The notes under the pieces: model-generated
What the model saw: only the letters and a program-made list of their open reading frames with translations
Told to the model about the DNA's origin: nothing
Databases searched by the model: none
Assembly: GCA_030448245.1 (NCBI GenBank)
Contig: JAUJNH010000006.1
Span: 15,788-79,787, forward strand
Source: Acidimicrobiales bacterium
Lineage (GTDB): Bacteria > Actinomycetota > Acidimicrobiia > Acidimicrobiales > JAUJNH01
Length of the DNA: 64,000 bases
Direction of reading: 5' to 3'
Position numbers and translations under genes: made by a program
In this document: positions 36,595 through 46,200 of the stretch, piece by piece
Layout: each line of letters starts with the position of its first letter
Numbering within the stretch: position 1 is the first letter of the stretch

Positions 36595-37370
36595 TGCTCG
36601 GCCTGCTCGCCATCAGCCTCCCTTCGGGGATCGCCGCCGGCCTGGCGGTGGCGTTCCTGGCCGGCGCCGTGTCGTTCCTGTCGCCGTGCGTGCTGCCGCT
36701 GGTGCCCAGCTACCTGTCGCTCATGTCGGGCGTGGGCGCCTCCGAGCTCGCCGTCGCCACCAAGGTCGACCAGCGCCGCATGCTCCGCTCGATCCTGCTG
36801 TTCGTGGCCGGCTACACCGCGGTGTTCACGGCCCTGGGCGCCGGCGCGTCGGCCGTCGGCTCGTTCCTGTTCGACCACCAGCTCGGCCTCCGCAAGCTCG
36901 CCGGCGCCCTGATCGTGGTGATGGGCCTGGCCGTGGCCGGCCTGGTCCGCCCAGCCTTTTTCGACCGGGAGCGCCGCTTCCACGTGTCCCCCGCGGCGCT
37001 CGGCTCCTACGCCCCACCCGTGATGGGGGCCGCCTTCGCCTTTGGGTGGTCGCCGTGCATCGGCCCGGTCCTCGGCGCCATCCTCGGGCTCGCCGCCCAG
37101 ACCGCCAGCCTCGGCCGCGGCGTGCTGCTCCTGCTCGCCTACTCGGCGGGGCTGGCCGTGCCCTTCATCGCGTCGGGCCTGGCCCTCGGCCGGCTCACCG
37201 GCGCCTTCTCGTGGGTGAGGCGGCACTTCGGGGTGATCAACCTCGTCAGCGGGCTGCTGCTGGCCGTGTTCGGCGTCCTGCTGCTGACCAACGCGGTCAC
37301 CGACGTCGTGCGCTGGCTCCAGGACGCCCTCCGGGCCCTCGGCCTCGACGCCCTCTCCAGCAGCCTGTAG
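36594..37370 (+). CDS. ccdA: Cytochrome c biogenesis thiol-disulfide transporter CcdA (DsbD-beta family)
   Basis: TGATG overlap with crotonase gene; six TM helices with conserved SPCVLPL and WSPCIGP cysteines. Confidence 0.8.
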   Translation: MLGLLAISLPSGIAAGLAVAFLAGAVSFLSPCVLPLVPSYLSLMSGVGASELAVATKVDQRRMLRSILLFVAGYTAVFTALGAGASAVGSFLFDHQLGLRKLAGALIVVMGLAVAGLVRPAFFDRERRFHVSPAALGSYAPPVMGAAFAFGWSPCIGPVLGAILGLAAQTASLGRGVLLLLAYSAGLAVPFIASGLALGRLTGAFSWVRRHFGVINLVSGLLLAVFGVLLLTNAVTDVVRWLQDALRALGLDALSSSL

Positions 37371-37412
37371 CGGGACCGGTTCGGCCGCCGGCCTCGCGGG
37401 TACCCCGGGAAG

Positions 37413-38177
37413 GTGGTGGCGAGCTGGCCGGAGGCCTTGATCCTGGTCCGGCACGGCGAGAGCTCCGGCAACGTGGCCCGGGACGAGGCCGAGTCGGCCG
37501 GGTCCGAGATCATCGACATCGGCCTGCGCGACGTCGACGTGCCCCTCTCCGACCTGGGGCGGCGCCAGGCCCGGGCCCTGGGCCACTGGCTGGCCCGCCA
37601 GCCCGATTCCGAGCGGCCCACCACCGTCCTGTCGTCGCCGTACCTGCGGGCCCAGCAGACGGCCGACGAGGCGCTGGCGGCCGCCGGGTTCGGCGGCGAC
37701 GGCGTCGAGCGGCTGCTGGACGAGCGGCTGCGCGAGCGGGAGTTCGGCGTGCTCGACCGCCTGACCCGGCCGGGTCTCGTGGCTCGCGAGCCGCAGCAGG
37801 CCGAGCTGCGGGCCTTCCTCGGGAAGTTCTACCACCGGCCTCCCGGGGGCGAGAGCTGGGCCGACGTGGGGCTGCGGGTGCGGACCGTGCTCGACACGCT
37901 GTGCCGCGAGTTCGCCGGCGAGCGGGTGCTGATCAGCACCCACCAGGTGGTCGTGCTGATGTTCCGCTACGTCCTGGAGGCCATGACCGAGGCCGACGTC
38001 CTGGGCGTCTCGCGGGCCGAGCCCGTCGCCCACTGCTCGGTCACCACCTTCGTGCACGACCCGTCGGCCCACCGGCGTGGCGGCATGGTGCTGCAGGCCT
38101 ACAACAGCGTCGAGCCGCTCGACGACGAGGACGAGCCCGTCACCGAGGAGGAAGATGCCCCCGCCGCCGCCAGCTGA
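37413..38177 (+). CDS. Histidine phosphatase family protein (phosphoglycerate-mutase-like)
   Basis: RHGES catalytic motif (LVRHGESSGN); C-terminal acidic tail. Confidence 0.7.
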   Translation: MVASWPEALILVRHGESSGNVARDEAESAGSEIIDIGLRDVDVPLSDLGRRQARALGHWLARQPDSERPTTVLSSPYLRAQQTADEALAAAGFGGDGVERLLDERLREREFGVLDRLTRPGLVAREPQQAELRAFLGKFYHRPPGGESWADVGLRVRTVLDTLCREFAGERVLISTHQVVVLMFRYVLEAMTEADVLGVSRAEPVAHCSVTTFVHDPSAHRRGGMVLQAYNSVEPLDDEDEPVTEEEDAPAAAS

Positions 38178-39075
38178 GGACGAGGGCGGCGCCGGCGATC
38201 CGCCCGCCGTCGAGGTCGACGCCGAGCTCCTGCGCCGGTGGGCGCTGCCGCCGCTCGAGGGGGCCAAGTCCAGCCGGGGCACCTGCCTGATCGTGGGCGG
38301 CTCGGCCCTGACTCCCGGGGCGGTGGTGCTGGCGTCGATCGGCGCCCTGCGCTCGGGCGTGGGGAAGGTGCAGGTGGCAACGGCGGCCAGCGTGGCCGCG
38401 GCGCTGGCCGTGGCCGTGCCAGAAGCCCTCGTGGTCGGCCTCGACGAGGACGCCGACGGGCACATCGTGCCGGCCTCAGTCGACGCCCTGGCCGGGCCGC
38501 TGGCCGGCGCCACGTCGGTCCTCGTCGGCCCGGGCTGCCTCGACCAGGAGGCCACCCACGAGCTGCTGGTCCGGGTGGCGACCGGCCTCGACGAAGGGGT
38601 CCTGGTGGTCGACGCCAAGGCCCTCCCCGGGCTGGGCGGCGATCCCGCCGCCCTGCGCCGCCAGCGGGGCCGCGCCATCGTCACGCCGAACGGCAAGGAG
38701 GTGGCGGCCCTGAGCGGCCGTGACGAGGTGGGCGACGACGAGCTGGCCGACGTGGGTGCCGGGCTGGCCGACAGGCTCGGCGCCGTGGTGGCCGCCAAGG
38801 CGGCCGACACGCAGGTCGCCGCACCCGACGGGCGCCGGTGGCGGGTGCGGGGCGGCGGATCCGGCCTGTCGACCTCCGGCTCGGGCGACGTGCTGGCCGG
38901 CGTCGTCGCCGGGCTGGCCGCTCGGGCCGACGAGTCGGCCCAGGCCACCGTTCACGGCGTGCACGCCCACGCCGAGGCCGGCCGCCGGCTGGCGTCCCGG
39001 GTGGGCCGGGTCGGCTTCCTGGCCCGGGAGCTGCTCGACGAGGTCCCCCGGATCCTGGACGAGCTGGCCCCCTGA
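38155..39075 (+). CDS. nnr: ADP-dependent NAD(P)H-hydrate dehydratase (YjeF C-terminal/Nnr2 domain)
   Basis: Carbohydrate-kinase-like motifs (GPGCLD, GSGDVLAG); start overlaps phosphatase gene by 23 nt. Confidence 0.7.
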   Translation: MPPPPPAEDEGGAGDPPAVEVDAELLRRWALPPLEGAKSSRGTCLIVGGSALTPGAVVLASIGALRSGVGKVQVATAASVAAALAVAVPEALVVGLDEDADGHIVPASVDALAGPLAGATSVLVGPGCLDQEATHELLVRVATGLDEGVLVVDAKALPGLGGDPAALRRQRGRAIVTPNGKEVAALSGRDEVGDDELADVGAGLADRLGAVVAAKAADTQVAAPDGRRWRVRGGGSGLSTSGSGDVLAGVVAGLAARADESAQATVHGVHAHAEAGRRLASRVGRVGFLARELLDEVPRILDELAP

Positions 39076-39101
39076 CGGCCCCTGCGGCCTTCCGGCCCGG
39101 G

Positions 39102-39965
39102 TCAGGAGGGCACGGCGCGGGCCAGGTGGGTGTAGAAGGTCCAGACCGAGGCGAGGAGCGGGAGGGCGACGAGGAGCCTGGCCGGCCACCGGCGCCACAG
39201 CCGGCCGAGGACCGACCCGGCGATGCCGAGGGCCAGGACCACGGTGCCCCACAGGGCCGACGGGACCCGCTCGGCCGGGTCGCCGCTGGCGCCCACCACC
39301 TCCTGGGCGACCGGACGGGCCTCCGTGGCGGCCACGGCCGGGTTGGGCTCGATGTCGGGTGACCTCGGGGCCGGGAGGGCCGCGGGGCCCTTCAGGTCGG
39401 CCACGACCACCAGCCGCTTGGCGGCCGAGAAGCGGGGGTGGCAGGTGGTGAGGGTGAGCTGGTTGCCGGTGGTGGGGTTGAGCACCTCGATCTCGTCCGG
39501 GTCGACGACGAACACCTTGCTGACCTCGTAGCGGAAGGCGCCCTGCACCGTGCTGACGAGGATCGGGTCGCCCGCCTCCAACTGGTCGAGCTTGAAGAAG
39601 GGTGCGCCGTAGGTGGTGCGGTGCCCGGCGATGGCGCTGTTGCCCGGCTGGCCGGGCAGCGGCGTGGTCGCGTAGTGCCCGGGTCCCTTGCGCAGGTCCG
39701 ACAGGTCCACGCCCTCGACCACCGCCTTGTCGAGCCCGATGCGGGGGATCCGGAGCCTGGCCACCGCCGATCCGACAGGAGGCGGTGGCGGCGCCGGCTC
39801 CTCCGCGAGGGGCTTGCTGACGTCCAGCTCGACCGGGGGAGCCGGGACGGGCAGGTCCTCCCGCAGGGCCGTCTGGGTGCGGGCCTCGCTGACGTTGGTC
39901 CCGAGGAGCTCGAAGGCCACGAAGCCGAGGACCAGGACGCCGAGGCTGATGAGCGTGCGCCCCAT
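39102..39965 (-). CDS. Sortase (class E/F-like) with extra C-terminal TM segments
   Basis: N-terminal TM anchor, catalytic TLTTCHP motif with conserved His/Arg; ~60-aa C-terminal hydrophobic extension. Confidence 0.7.
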   Translation of the reverse strand: MGRTLISLGVLVLGFVAFELLGTNVSEARTQTALREDLPVPAPPVELDVSKPLAEEPAPPPPPVGSAVARLRIPRIGLDKAVVEGVDLSDLRKGPGHYATTPLPGQPGNSAIAGHRTTYGAPFFKLDQLEAGDPILVSTVQGAFRYEVSKVFVVDPDEIEVLNPTTGNQLTLTTCHPRFSAAKRLVVVADLKGPAALPAPRSPDIEPNPAVAATEARPVAQEVVGASGDPAERVPSALWGTVVLALGIAGSVLGRLWRRWPARLLVALPLLASVWTFYTHLARAVPS

Positions 39966-40241
39966 GACCGACAGGACGCTGGCCAAGTCGACCCGGCGGG
40001 GTGGGGGGGCGGGCGGCGGCGCCGGCTCGACCCGCACCGCCGCGGCCTGGGCCGATGCACCGGCCAGGGCGGCGGCTGCCACCTCTGCGGGATCGGGCTG
40101 GGCGGCCGGGCGCGCAGGCGTCCGCCCCGGGGGACGGGGAGGTGCGGCACCGGGGGCGTCGAGGCCGCTGCGGAAGGCCGAGGAGAACCCGGGGCGCCTT
40201 GGTGGAACCGAAGGCCCCCCCGGTAGCCTGGGTCCGCTGGC

Positions 40242-40946
40242 ATGAGCCTCGCCGTCCACCTCCGCTCCGCCGTCTGCCTGCTCGGACGCTTCCCTGCCCT
40301 CGCGGGCGTCGACCTCGACGTCCGGGACGGCGAGGTGGTGCTCCTGGCCGGGCCGAACGGTGCCGGGAAGACCACCTTGCTGCGCGCCTGTGCCGGCCTG
40401 GTGCCCGTCGTCGAAGGGACCGCTGTGGTCCTCGGTCACGACCTGCGGGCCGACCGGAGGCCCGTGCGCCGGCTGCTTGGGCTCGTCGGTCACGCCACCT
40501 CCCTCTACGACGACCTCTCGGTTGCCGACAACGTCCGCTTCAGCGTACGCGCCCGGGGCGGCTCGTCCGGTGCGGTCGCCCCTGCGCTCGAGCGGCTGGG
40601 CCTCGACGGGCGCCTGCGCGACGTGCCCGTGGCCCGCCTCAGCGCCGGTCAGCGGCGCCGCTGCACCCTGGCGGGCCTCGTCGCCTGCGACCCACAGCTG
40701 TGGCTGCTCGACGAGCCCCACGCCGGCCTCGACCCCGAAGGGCGCGACGTGGTCGACCGCCTGGTGGCCGATGCCGCGGCCCGGGGACGCACGGTCCTGC
40801 TGGCCAGCCACGACCTCCACCGGGCCGCCGCCGTCGCCTCGCGCCAGGTCATCATCGAAGCCGGGACCGCGCGCAAGCACCTGGCTGGTGGCCCGGGCGC
40901 CGCACCCGGCGCTCCGGTCGAGCAGGCGGCCCAGCATGTGGGCTGA
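40242..40946 (+). CDS. ccmA: Heme exporter ATP-binding protein CcmA
   Basis: ABC ATPase Walker A GPNGAGKT, signature LSAGQRRR, Walker B LLDEP; first gene of the ccm operon. Confidence 0.8.
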   Translation: MSLAVHLRSAVCLLGRFPALAGVDLDVRDGEVVLLAGPNGAGKTTLLRACAGLVPVVEGTAVVLGHDLRADRRPVRRLLGLVGHATSLYDDLSVADNVRFSVRARGGSSGAVAPALERLGLDGRLRDVPVARLSAGQRRRCTLAGLVACDPQLWLLDEPHAGLDPEGRDVVDRLVADAAARGRTVLLASHDLHRAAAVASRQVIIEAGTARKHLAGGPGAAPGAPVEQAAQHVG

Positions 40947-41604
40947 CGCCGGGCTGGTGGCGGGAAAGGACCTGCGCATCGAGCTGCGGAGCCGGGTCGG
41001 GGTCAACCAGGTGGTGCCGTTCTCCCTGGTCGTGCTGGTCCTGTTCGCCTTCGCCCTCAACCCCGACCGCGGCGTCCTCGACCGGGCCGCGCCGGGCTTG
41101 TTCTGGGTGGCCGTGCTCCTCTCGTCGCTGCTGGCCACCCAGCGGTCGTTCGCCGTCGAGGCCGCCGACGGGAACCGCGATGGGCTGCGCATGTCGGGGC
41201 TCGACCCGGCCGGTCTGTTCCTCGGCAAGGCTGCTGCCGTCGCCGCCCAGCTCCTGCTGCTCGAGGCCCTGCTGCTGGTCGGCATCACGGTCCTCTACGG
41301 CACGACGCTGCGCTCGTTCGGCCTGCTGGCCCTGACGTGCCTGCTCGCCACCGTCGGCCTCGCCGGGGCCGGCACCGTCTACGGCGTCATGGCCTTCGGG
41401 CTGCGCGTGCGCGAGACGCTGCTGCCCCTGCTCGTGCTCCCGGTGCTGGCCCCCGTCCTGCTGGCCGCCACCCGCAGCTTCGAGGCGGCGCTGGCCGGAG
41501 CGGCCGGCGAGGCCACCAGCTGGCTGGGCCTGCTCACGGCCTTCGCCGTCCTCTACGTCGTCGTCGGCCTGTTCGGCTTCGGCCCCCTCCTCGAGGAGTC
41601 CTGA
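40936..41604 (+). CDS. ccmB: Heme exporter membrane protein CcmB
   Basis: 222 aa, six TM helices, 11-nt overlap with ccmA; start by offset within ORF 40360..41604. Confidence 0.75.
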   Translation: MWADAGLVAGKDLRIELRSRVGVNQVVPFSLVVLVLFAFALNPDRGVLDRAAPGLFWVAVLLSSLLATQRSFAVEAADGNRDGLRMSGLDPAGLFLGKAAAVAAQLLLLEALLLVGITVLYGTTLRSFGLLALTCLLATVGLAGAGTVYGVMAFGLRVRETLLPLLVLPVLAPVLLAATRSFEAALAGAAGEATSWLGLLTAFAVLYVVVGLFGFGPLLEES

Positions 41605-42401
41605 TGGCGTCCACCACCCCAGCCGCCCATCGGTCCGGGGGCCGGCTGTCGCCGCTCCTCGGTTGGGCGTCGCTCGTCCTGGTGGGGGCCACCGTCGGCC
41701 TCGGCCTGGTGCTCCCGAAGACGGCCGAGCAGGCCGAGTACAGCCGCCTGATCGCCGTCCACCCGCCCGTGGCCTGGGTGTCGTACGTCGCCGTGGGCGT
41801 GGCCTCGGTCGCCGCCATCGCCTACCTGGCCAGCCGCCGGGCCGCCTTCGACCGGGTGAACGCGGCCAGCCTCGAGGTCGGCGCGGTGTTCACCGCCCTC
41901 ACCCTGGCCACCGGCTCGATCTGGAGCCGGCCGACGTGGGGCGTCTGGTGGCGGTGGGAGCCGCGGCTCACCACCGAGGCGCTGCTGCTGGCCGTGCTGG
42001 TGGGGGCCATCGCCCTTCGACGGGCCCTGCCGCCCGGCACGGGTCGGGGCGTCGTCACCTCGATCTTCTCCCTGGCCACCCTGGGGCTCCTGCCCATCGT
42101 GCACTTCTCGGTCGAGTGGTGGCGGTCGCAGCACCAGCCGGGCACCCTCCTGGCCCCCGAGCCGTCGAGCAACGCCGACACCCCCTACCTCCTCGCCATG
42201 TTCGTCGGCTTCCTGGCCTTCACGGTCCTGTACGCGTGGATGGTGGTGCAGCGGGTGCGGATCGAGCGCCTCGAGGAGCAGGCCGACGACCTCGCGCTGG
42301 GGCGGGCCATCGCCGAGCGCCGGGCCGAGCGCGCCGACCCGCCGCCGGTCGCCCCGGCCGTGACCGGTCCCGCCGTGCCCACCGGTGAGCAGGCCGTCTG
42401 A
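41604..42401 (+). CDS. ccmC: Heme exporter protein CcmC
   Basis: TGATG overlap with ccmB; WWD-domain motif region (WGVWWRWEPRLT) and conserved His residues. Confidence 0.8.
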   Translation: MASTTPAAHRSGGRLSPLLGWASLVLVGATVGLGLVLPKTAEQAEYSRLIAVHPPVAWVSYVAVGVASVAAIAYLASRRAAFDRVNAASLEVGAVFTALTLATGSIWSRPTWGVWWRWEPRLTTEALLLAVLVGAIALRRALPPGTGRGVVTSIFSLATLGLLPIVHFSVEWWRSQHQPGTLLAPEPSSNADTPYLLAMFVGFLAFTVLYAWMVVQRVRIERLEEQADDLALGRAIAERRAERADPPPVAPAVTGPAVPTGEQAV

Positions 42402-42553
42402 TGGGCTACGTGGCCGCCGGCTACCTCACCGTCCTCGGCGGGGTCGCCGCCTACGCCGCCTGGCTCGTCCGCCGGTCGAGGCAGCTGACCGGTGACCGCA
42501 GGAGCGGGTCGGTCGGGCCGACGCGGCCCCGTGAGGCCCGGGAGGCGCCGTGA
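42401..42553 (+). CDS. ccmD: Heme exporter protein CcmD (50 aa), not in ORF track
   Basis: ATG overlaps ccmC stop; single TM then basic stretch (MGYVAAGYLTVLGGVAAYAAWLVRRSRQL); stop overlaps ccmE GTG. Confidence 0.45.
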   Translation: MGYVAAGYLTVLGGVAAYAAWLVRRSRQLTGDRRSGSVGPTRPREAREAP

Positions 42554-43068
42554 GGCCTCCCGCAGCCGACGCCCCGGTCCTCGACGACGAGGACCTGCCG
42601 CCGGTCGTCACCACCCGCCGGCCGCGCCGGGCCAAGCCGCTGCGCATCGTGGTGGCGTCGGTGGTCACCGTCGCCGCCATCGCCTTTCTGGTCTCCAAGG
42701 GCCTGGGCAGCGCCACCGTCTACTTCAAGACGGCCGACGAGGCCGTCGCCGAGCGGGCCGACCTCGGCAGCCGGCGCTTCCGCATCCAGGGAACGGTCCA
42801 GGTCGGCACGGTCCGCCAGGACGAGGGCCGGCTCCTCTTCACGATCCTGGGGGACCGGGGGGCGGTGGTGCCCGTCGTGCACACCGGCGGCCAGCCCACC
42901 GGGCTGTTCAAGGAGTCGATCCCCGTGGTGCTCGAGGGGCGGTGGGCCGAGGGCACCGACGCCTTCTCCTCGGACACGATCATCGTGAAGCACTCGGAGG
43001 ACTACCGGGTCGACAACCCGGCCCGGGTCGACGACTACGCGCCGGCGCCGCCGGCCCCCTCGTCGTGA
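42550..43068 (+). CDS. ccmE: Cytochrome c-type biogenesis heme chaperone CcmE
   Basis: N-terminal TM anchor, OB-fold, heme-binding His in VKHSEDY (HxxxY) motif. Confidence 0.8.
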   Translation: MRPPAADAPVLDDEDLPPVVTTRRPRRAKPLRIVVASVVTVAAIAFLVSKGLGSATVYFKTADEAVAERADLGSRRFRIQGTVQVGTVRQDEGRLLFTILGDRGAVVPVVHTGGQPTGLFKESIPVVLEGRWAEGTDAFSSDTIIVKHSEDYRVDNPARVDDYAPAPPAPSS

Positions 43069-45128
43069 ACGCCACCCTCGGCTCGATGGGGGTCCTGCTG
43101 GGCCTGGCCGGCGCCATCGCCGGCGTGGCCGCCCTCGCCGCCGGCCTGGTGACGGGCAAGGCGGCGCTGCTGCGCAGCGGCACGGTCTACGCGTGGATGG
43201 TGCTGGGCGGGGCGATCACCGCGTTCGTGGCGATGGAGCGGGCCCTGCTGGGCCACGACTTCTCCCTGCGGTACGTGGCCGAGAACCACAGCCGCTCGAC
43301 ACCGACGATGTACACGTTCGCCTCGCTGTGGAGCCGGCTCGAGGGGTCGATCCTGTTGTGGGCCCTGGTCCTGGCTGGGTTCGGCGCGGCCATGGCGTGG
43401 CGCTTCCGCGACCGCCGCACCGATCCGGTGGTGGCGTGGGCGACGCTCGTGGTCCTGGCCGTGTCGGTCTTCTTCTTCGGCCTCCTGGCCGGCCCGGCCG
43501 ACCCGTTCGGCACCGTCAGCCCGGTGCCTGCCGACGGCCCGGGACCCAACCCGCTGCTGCAGAACCACCCGCTGATGCTCATCCATCCGCCGATCCTGTA
43601 CCTCGGCTACGTCGGCTTCACCGTGCCGTTCGCCTTTGCCGTGGCCGCCCTCGCCACCGGGCGGCTGGGCGAGGGGTGGCTGGTGGAGACCCGGCGCTGG
43701 ACGCTGCTGGCCTGGGGGTGCCTCACCGTGGGCATCGCCATGGGCGCCTGGTGGAGCTACGAGGTGCTGGGCTGGGGCGGCTTCTGGGCGTGGGACCCGG
43801 TCGAGAACGCCTCGTTCCTGCCCTGGCTCACCGCCACCGCCTACCTCCACTCGGTGATGGTGCAGGAGCGGCGGGGGATGCTCCGGGTCTGGAACCTGTC
43901 ACTGCTGTGCGCCACGTTCGCCCTCACCATCCTGGGCACGTTCCTCACCCGCTCCGGCGTGCTCGAGAGCGTCCACGCCTTTTCCAACAGCAGCATCGGC
44001 GGGTGGATCCTCGGGTTCTTCGCCCTGATCGTGGTCGTGGTGATCGGGCTCATCGGCTGGCGAGGCGACCGGCTGCGCTCGCCCGGCACCATCGACAGCC
44101 CGGTCAGCCGCGAGGGCGCGTTCCTCGTCAACAACCTGCTGTTCGCCGGCTTCGCCTTCGTCGTCCTGCTCGGCACCGTCTTCCCCCTGGTCACCGAGGC
44201 CCTGAAGGACGACCGCATCACCGTCGGCCGCCCCTACTTCGACCGGATGGCGGCGCCGATCGCCGTGTCGCTGCTGTTCCTGATGGCGGTGGCGCCGGTG
44301 CTGCCGTGGCGCAAGGCGGCGGCCGAGACCCTGCGCGACCGGATGCAGTGGCCGTTCGCCTTTGCCGTCGTCGTCACCGTCGCCCTGGTGGCCTCGGGCC
44401 TGCGGGGCTGGTTGGCCCTCGTCGCCTTCTTCCTCGGAGGCCTCGGCGGCGGCTCGGCGGTGCGTCAGCTCATCCTGGCCACCCGCCGCAACGGGTGGCG
44501 GGGCCTCGTCGGCCGGACCAACGGCGGGATGGTGGTGCACCTCGGTGTCGTGCTGATCGCCGTCGCCTTTGCCGCCAGCGCCGCCTATGCGTCGAGAGCG
44601 GAGGTCAGCCTGGCCGAGGGGGAGAGCGCCGAGGTCGGCGGCCACCGCGTCACCTACCTGGGCACGGAGACCCGCCGCTTCGCCGAGTCCAACCCAAAGG
44701 CGGCGGTGACCACGGCCCGCCTGCGGGTCGACGGCGGCCAGGTGTACGAGCCGGCCATCACCCAGTACCGGTTCCAGGCCCAGGGGATCGGCACCCCGTC
44801 GGTGCGGACCGGGTTGTTCGAGGATGTCTACACCACCCTGGTCGAGGCGCCCTCCGAGCCAGGCGGGCGGGCCACCATCGGCGTGCTGGTCCACCCGCTC
44901 ACCATCTGGCTGTGGACGGGTGCCGGGCTCATGGCCGTCGGCACGGTCCTGGCCATGGTGCGCGCCGGTGGCCGCAAGCCGGCGCCGCCGGCCCGCCGCC
45001 GGCCGCCTCCCCCTGCCGTCCGGCGACCGAACCCGCGCCCCAAGGCCGGAGGAGCCAAGCGCCAGCTCGACAAGGTCCCCGTCGGCGCCCGTGACCGCAC
45101 CGCCCCGGTGGCCAAGCCCGCGCCATGA
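43065..45128 (+). CDS. ccmF: Cytochrome c-type biogenesis protein CcmF (heme lyase subunit)
   Basis: GTG overlapping ccmE stop; ~688 aa polytopic; WWD motif WGGFWAWDPVENAS plus conserved His. Confidence 0.85.
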   Translation: MNATLGSMGVLLGLAGAIAGVAALAAGLVTGKAALLRSGTVYAWMVLGGAITAFVAMERALLGHDFSLRYVAENHSRSTPTMYTFASLWSRLEGSILLWALVLAGFGAAMAWRFRDRRTDPVVAWATLVVLAVSVFFFGLLAGPADPFGTVSPVPADGPGPNPLLQNHPLMLIHPPILYLGYVGFTVPFAFAVAALATGRLGEGWLVETRRWTLLAWGCLTVGIAMGAWWSYEVLGWGGFWAWDPVENASFLPWLTATAYLHSVMVQERRGMLRVWNLSLLCATFALTILGTFLTRSGVLESVHAFSNSSIGGWILGFFALIVVVVIGLIGWRGDRLRSPGTIDSPVSREGAFLVNNLLFAGFAFVVLLGTVFPLVTEALKDDRITVGRPYFDRMAAPIAVSLLFLMAVAPVLPWRKAAAETLRDRMQWPFAFAVVVTVALVASGLRGWLALVAFFLGGLGGGSAVRQLILATRRNGWRGLVGRTNGGMVVHLGVVLIAVAFAASAAYASRAEVSLAEGESAEVGGHRVTYLGTETRRFAESNPKAAVTTARLRVDGGQVYEPAITQYRFQAQGIGTPSVRTGLFEDVYTTLVEAPSEPGGRATIGVLVHPLTIWLWTGAGLMAVGTVLAMVRAGGRKPAPPARRRPPPPAVRRPNPRPKAGGAKRQLDKVPVGARDRTAPVAKPAP

Positions 45129-45754
45129 CCGCAACCGACGAGGTGAGCCAGGAGAGTGAGCCGGCCGCTGCTCCTCGCCCGGCCGATGACCCTGACGTCC
45201 TGCCGAGGCGGGGCCGGCGCAGCGTCCTGCTCACCGTGCTGGTGGCGGCGGTGGTGCTGGGTGGCTTCGTCCTGCTCCTCGTCCTGGCCAAGCAGCCCGA
45301 CGGTCGCAGCGCCGTCGTCGGCAGGCCGGCCCCCGCGACCGACCGCGGGTTCGCCACCCTGGACGGCGGCGACGAGGTGCGCCTGGCCGACTTCCGGGGC
45401 CGCTACGTCGTCCTCAACTTCTTCGCCTCGTGGTGCGTGCCGTGCGAGAAGGAGCACCCCGAGCTGGTGCGCTTCCAGCAGCGCCACGGTCCCGCCGGCG
45501 ACGCCGCCGTCGTCCAGGTCCTCTACAACGACAAGCCCGGGCCGGCCCGGCAGTTCTTCCGCGACCGGGGCCAGGGCGGCTGGCCGGTGCTGATCGACGA
45601 GGAGGGCCAGTTCGCCCTCGACTACGGCGTCACGGGTCCGCCGGAGACCTTCCTCATCGACCCGCAGGGCAACGTCCTGTACGCGGCGAAGGGCGCCGTC
45701 GACCAGGCCCGCCTCGAGGACCTGCTGGTCCGGGCCAAGGCAGGCCGGCCGTAG
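45125..45754 (+). CDS. ccmG: Thiol:disulfide interchange protein CcmG/DsbE (TlpA-like)
   Basis: TM anchor, thioredoxin fold with WCVPC active site, GVTGPPETFLID motif. Confidence 0.8.
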   Translation: MTATDEVSQESEPAAAPRPADDPDVLPRRGRRSVLLTVLVAAVVLGGFVLLLVLAKQPDGRSAVVGRPAPATDRGFATLDGGDEVRLADFRGRYVVLNFFASWCVPCEKEHPELVRFQQRHGPAGDAAVVQVLYNDKPGPARQFFRDRGQGGWPVLIDEEGQFALDYGVTGPPETFLIDPQGNVLYAAKGAVDQARLEDLLVRAKAGRP

Positions 45755-46200
45755 TGCGCCGGTGGCTGCCGCTCGCCCTCCTGGGCGGCCTGCTGCTGGC
45801 CGCTCTCGCCGTCGCCGCCCGGCCCGAGGTGGATCGCAGCGAGGAGGCGCGGGTCGAGCGCATCGCCCGCGAGGTCCGCTGCCCCACGTGCCGGGGCCTG
45901 TCCGCCGCCGACTCCGACGCCGAGGCCGCCACCGCCGTCAAGGTCTTCATCCGCGACCGGCTGCGCCAGGGAGCCAGCGACGCTCAGGTCAAGGCCGAGC
46001 TGGCCGACCGCTTCGGCACCAGCATCCTGCTGCGACCGCCGGCCTCGGGCCTCAGCGGCCTCGTCTGGGCGGTGCCGGTCGGCGCCTTCGTCCTCGCCGC
46101 CGCCGGCCTGGGCTTCGCCTTCTGGCGGTGGCGGGCCCGGGGCCTGCGGAGGGCGACCGACGACGACGTCGTGCTGGTCGAGCGGGCCCGTCGGGCATGA
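45754..46200 (+). CDS. ccmH: Cytochrome c-type biogenesis protein CcmH
   Basis: GTG overlapping ccmG stop; signal/TM, CPTC motif (VRCPTCRGLS), C-terminal TM. Confidence 0.7.
   Translation: MRRWLPLALLGGLLLAALAVAARPEVDRSEEARVERIAREVRCPTCRGLSAADSDAEAATAVKVFIRDRLRQGASDAQVKAELADRFGTSILLRPPASGLSGLVWAVPVGAFVLAAAGLGFAFWRWRARGLRRATDDDVVLVERARRA

Noticed and set aside
36453-38948. 831-aa minus-strand ORF 36453..38948 and 607-aa plus ORF 36467..38290
   Set aside because: Overlap ccdA, phosphatase and nnr, whose frames carry the conserved motifs; compositions are Arg/Pro-rich
39438-41335. ORFs 39438..40226(+), 39392..40375(-), 40001..41335(+), 39688..40245(+)
   Set aside because: Shadow frames of sortase (minus) and ccmA/ccmB (plus)
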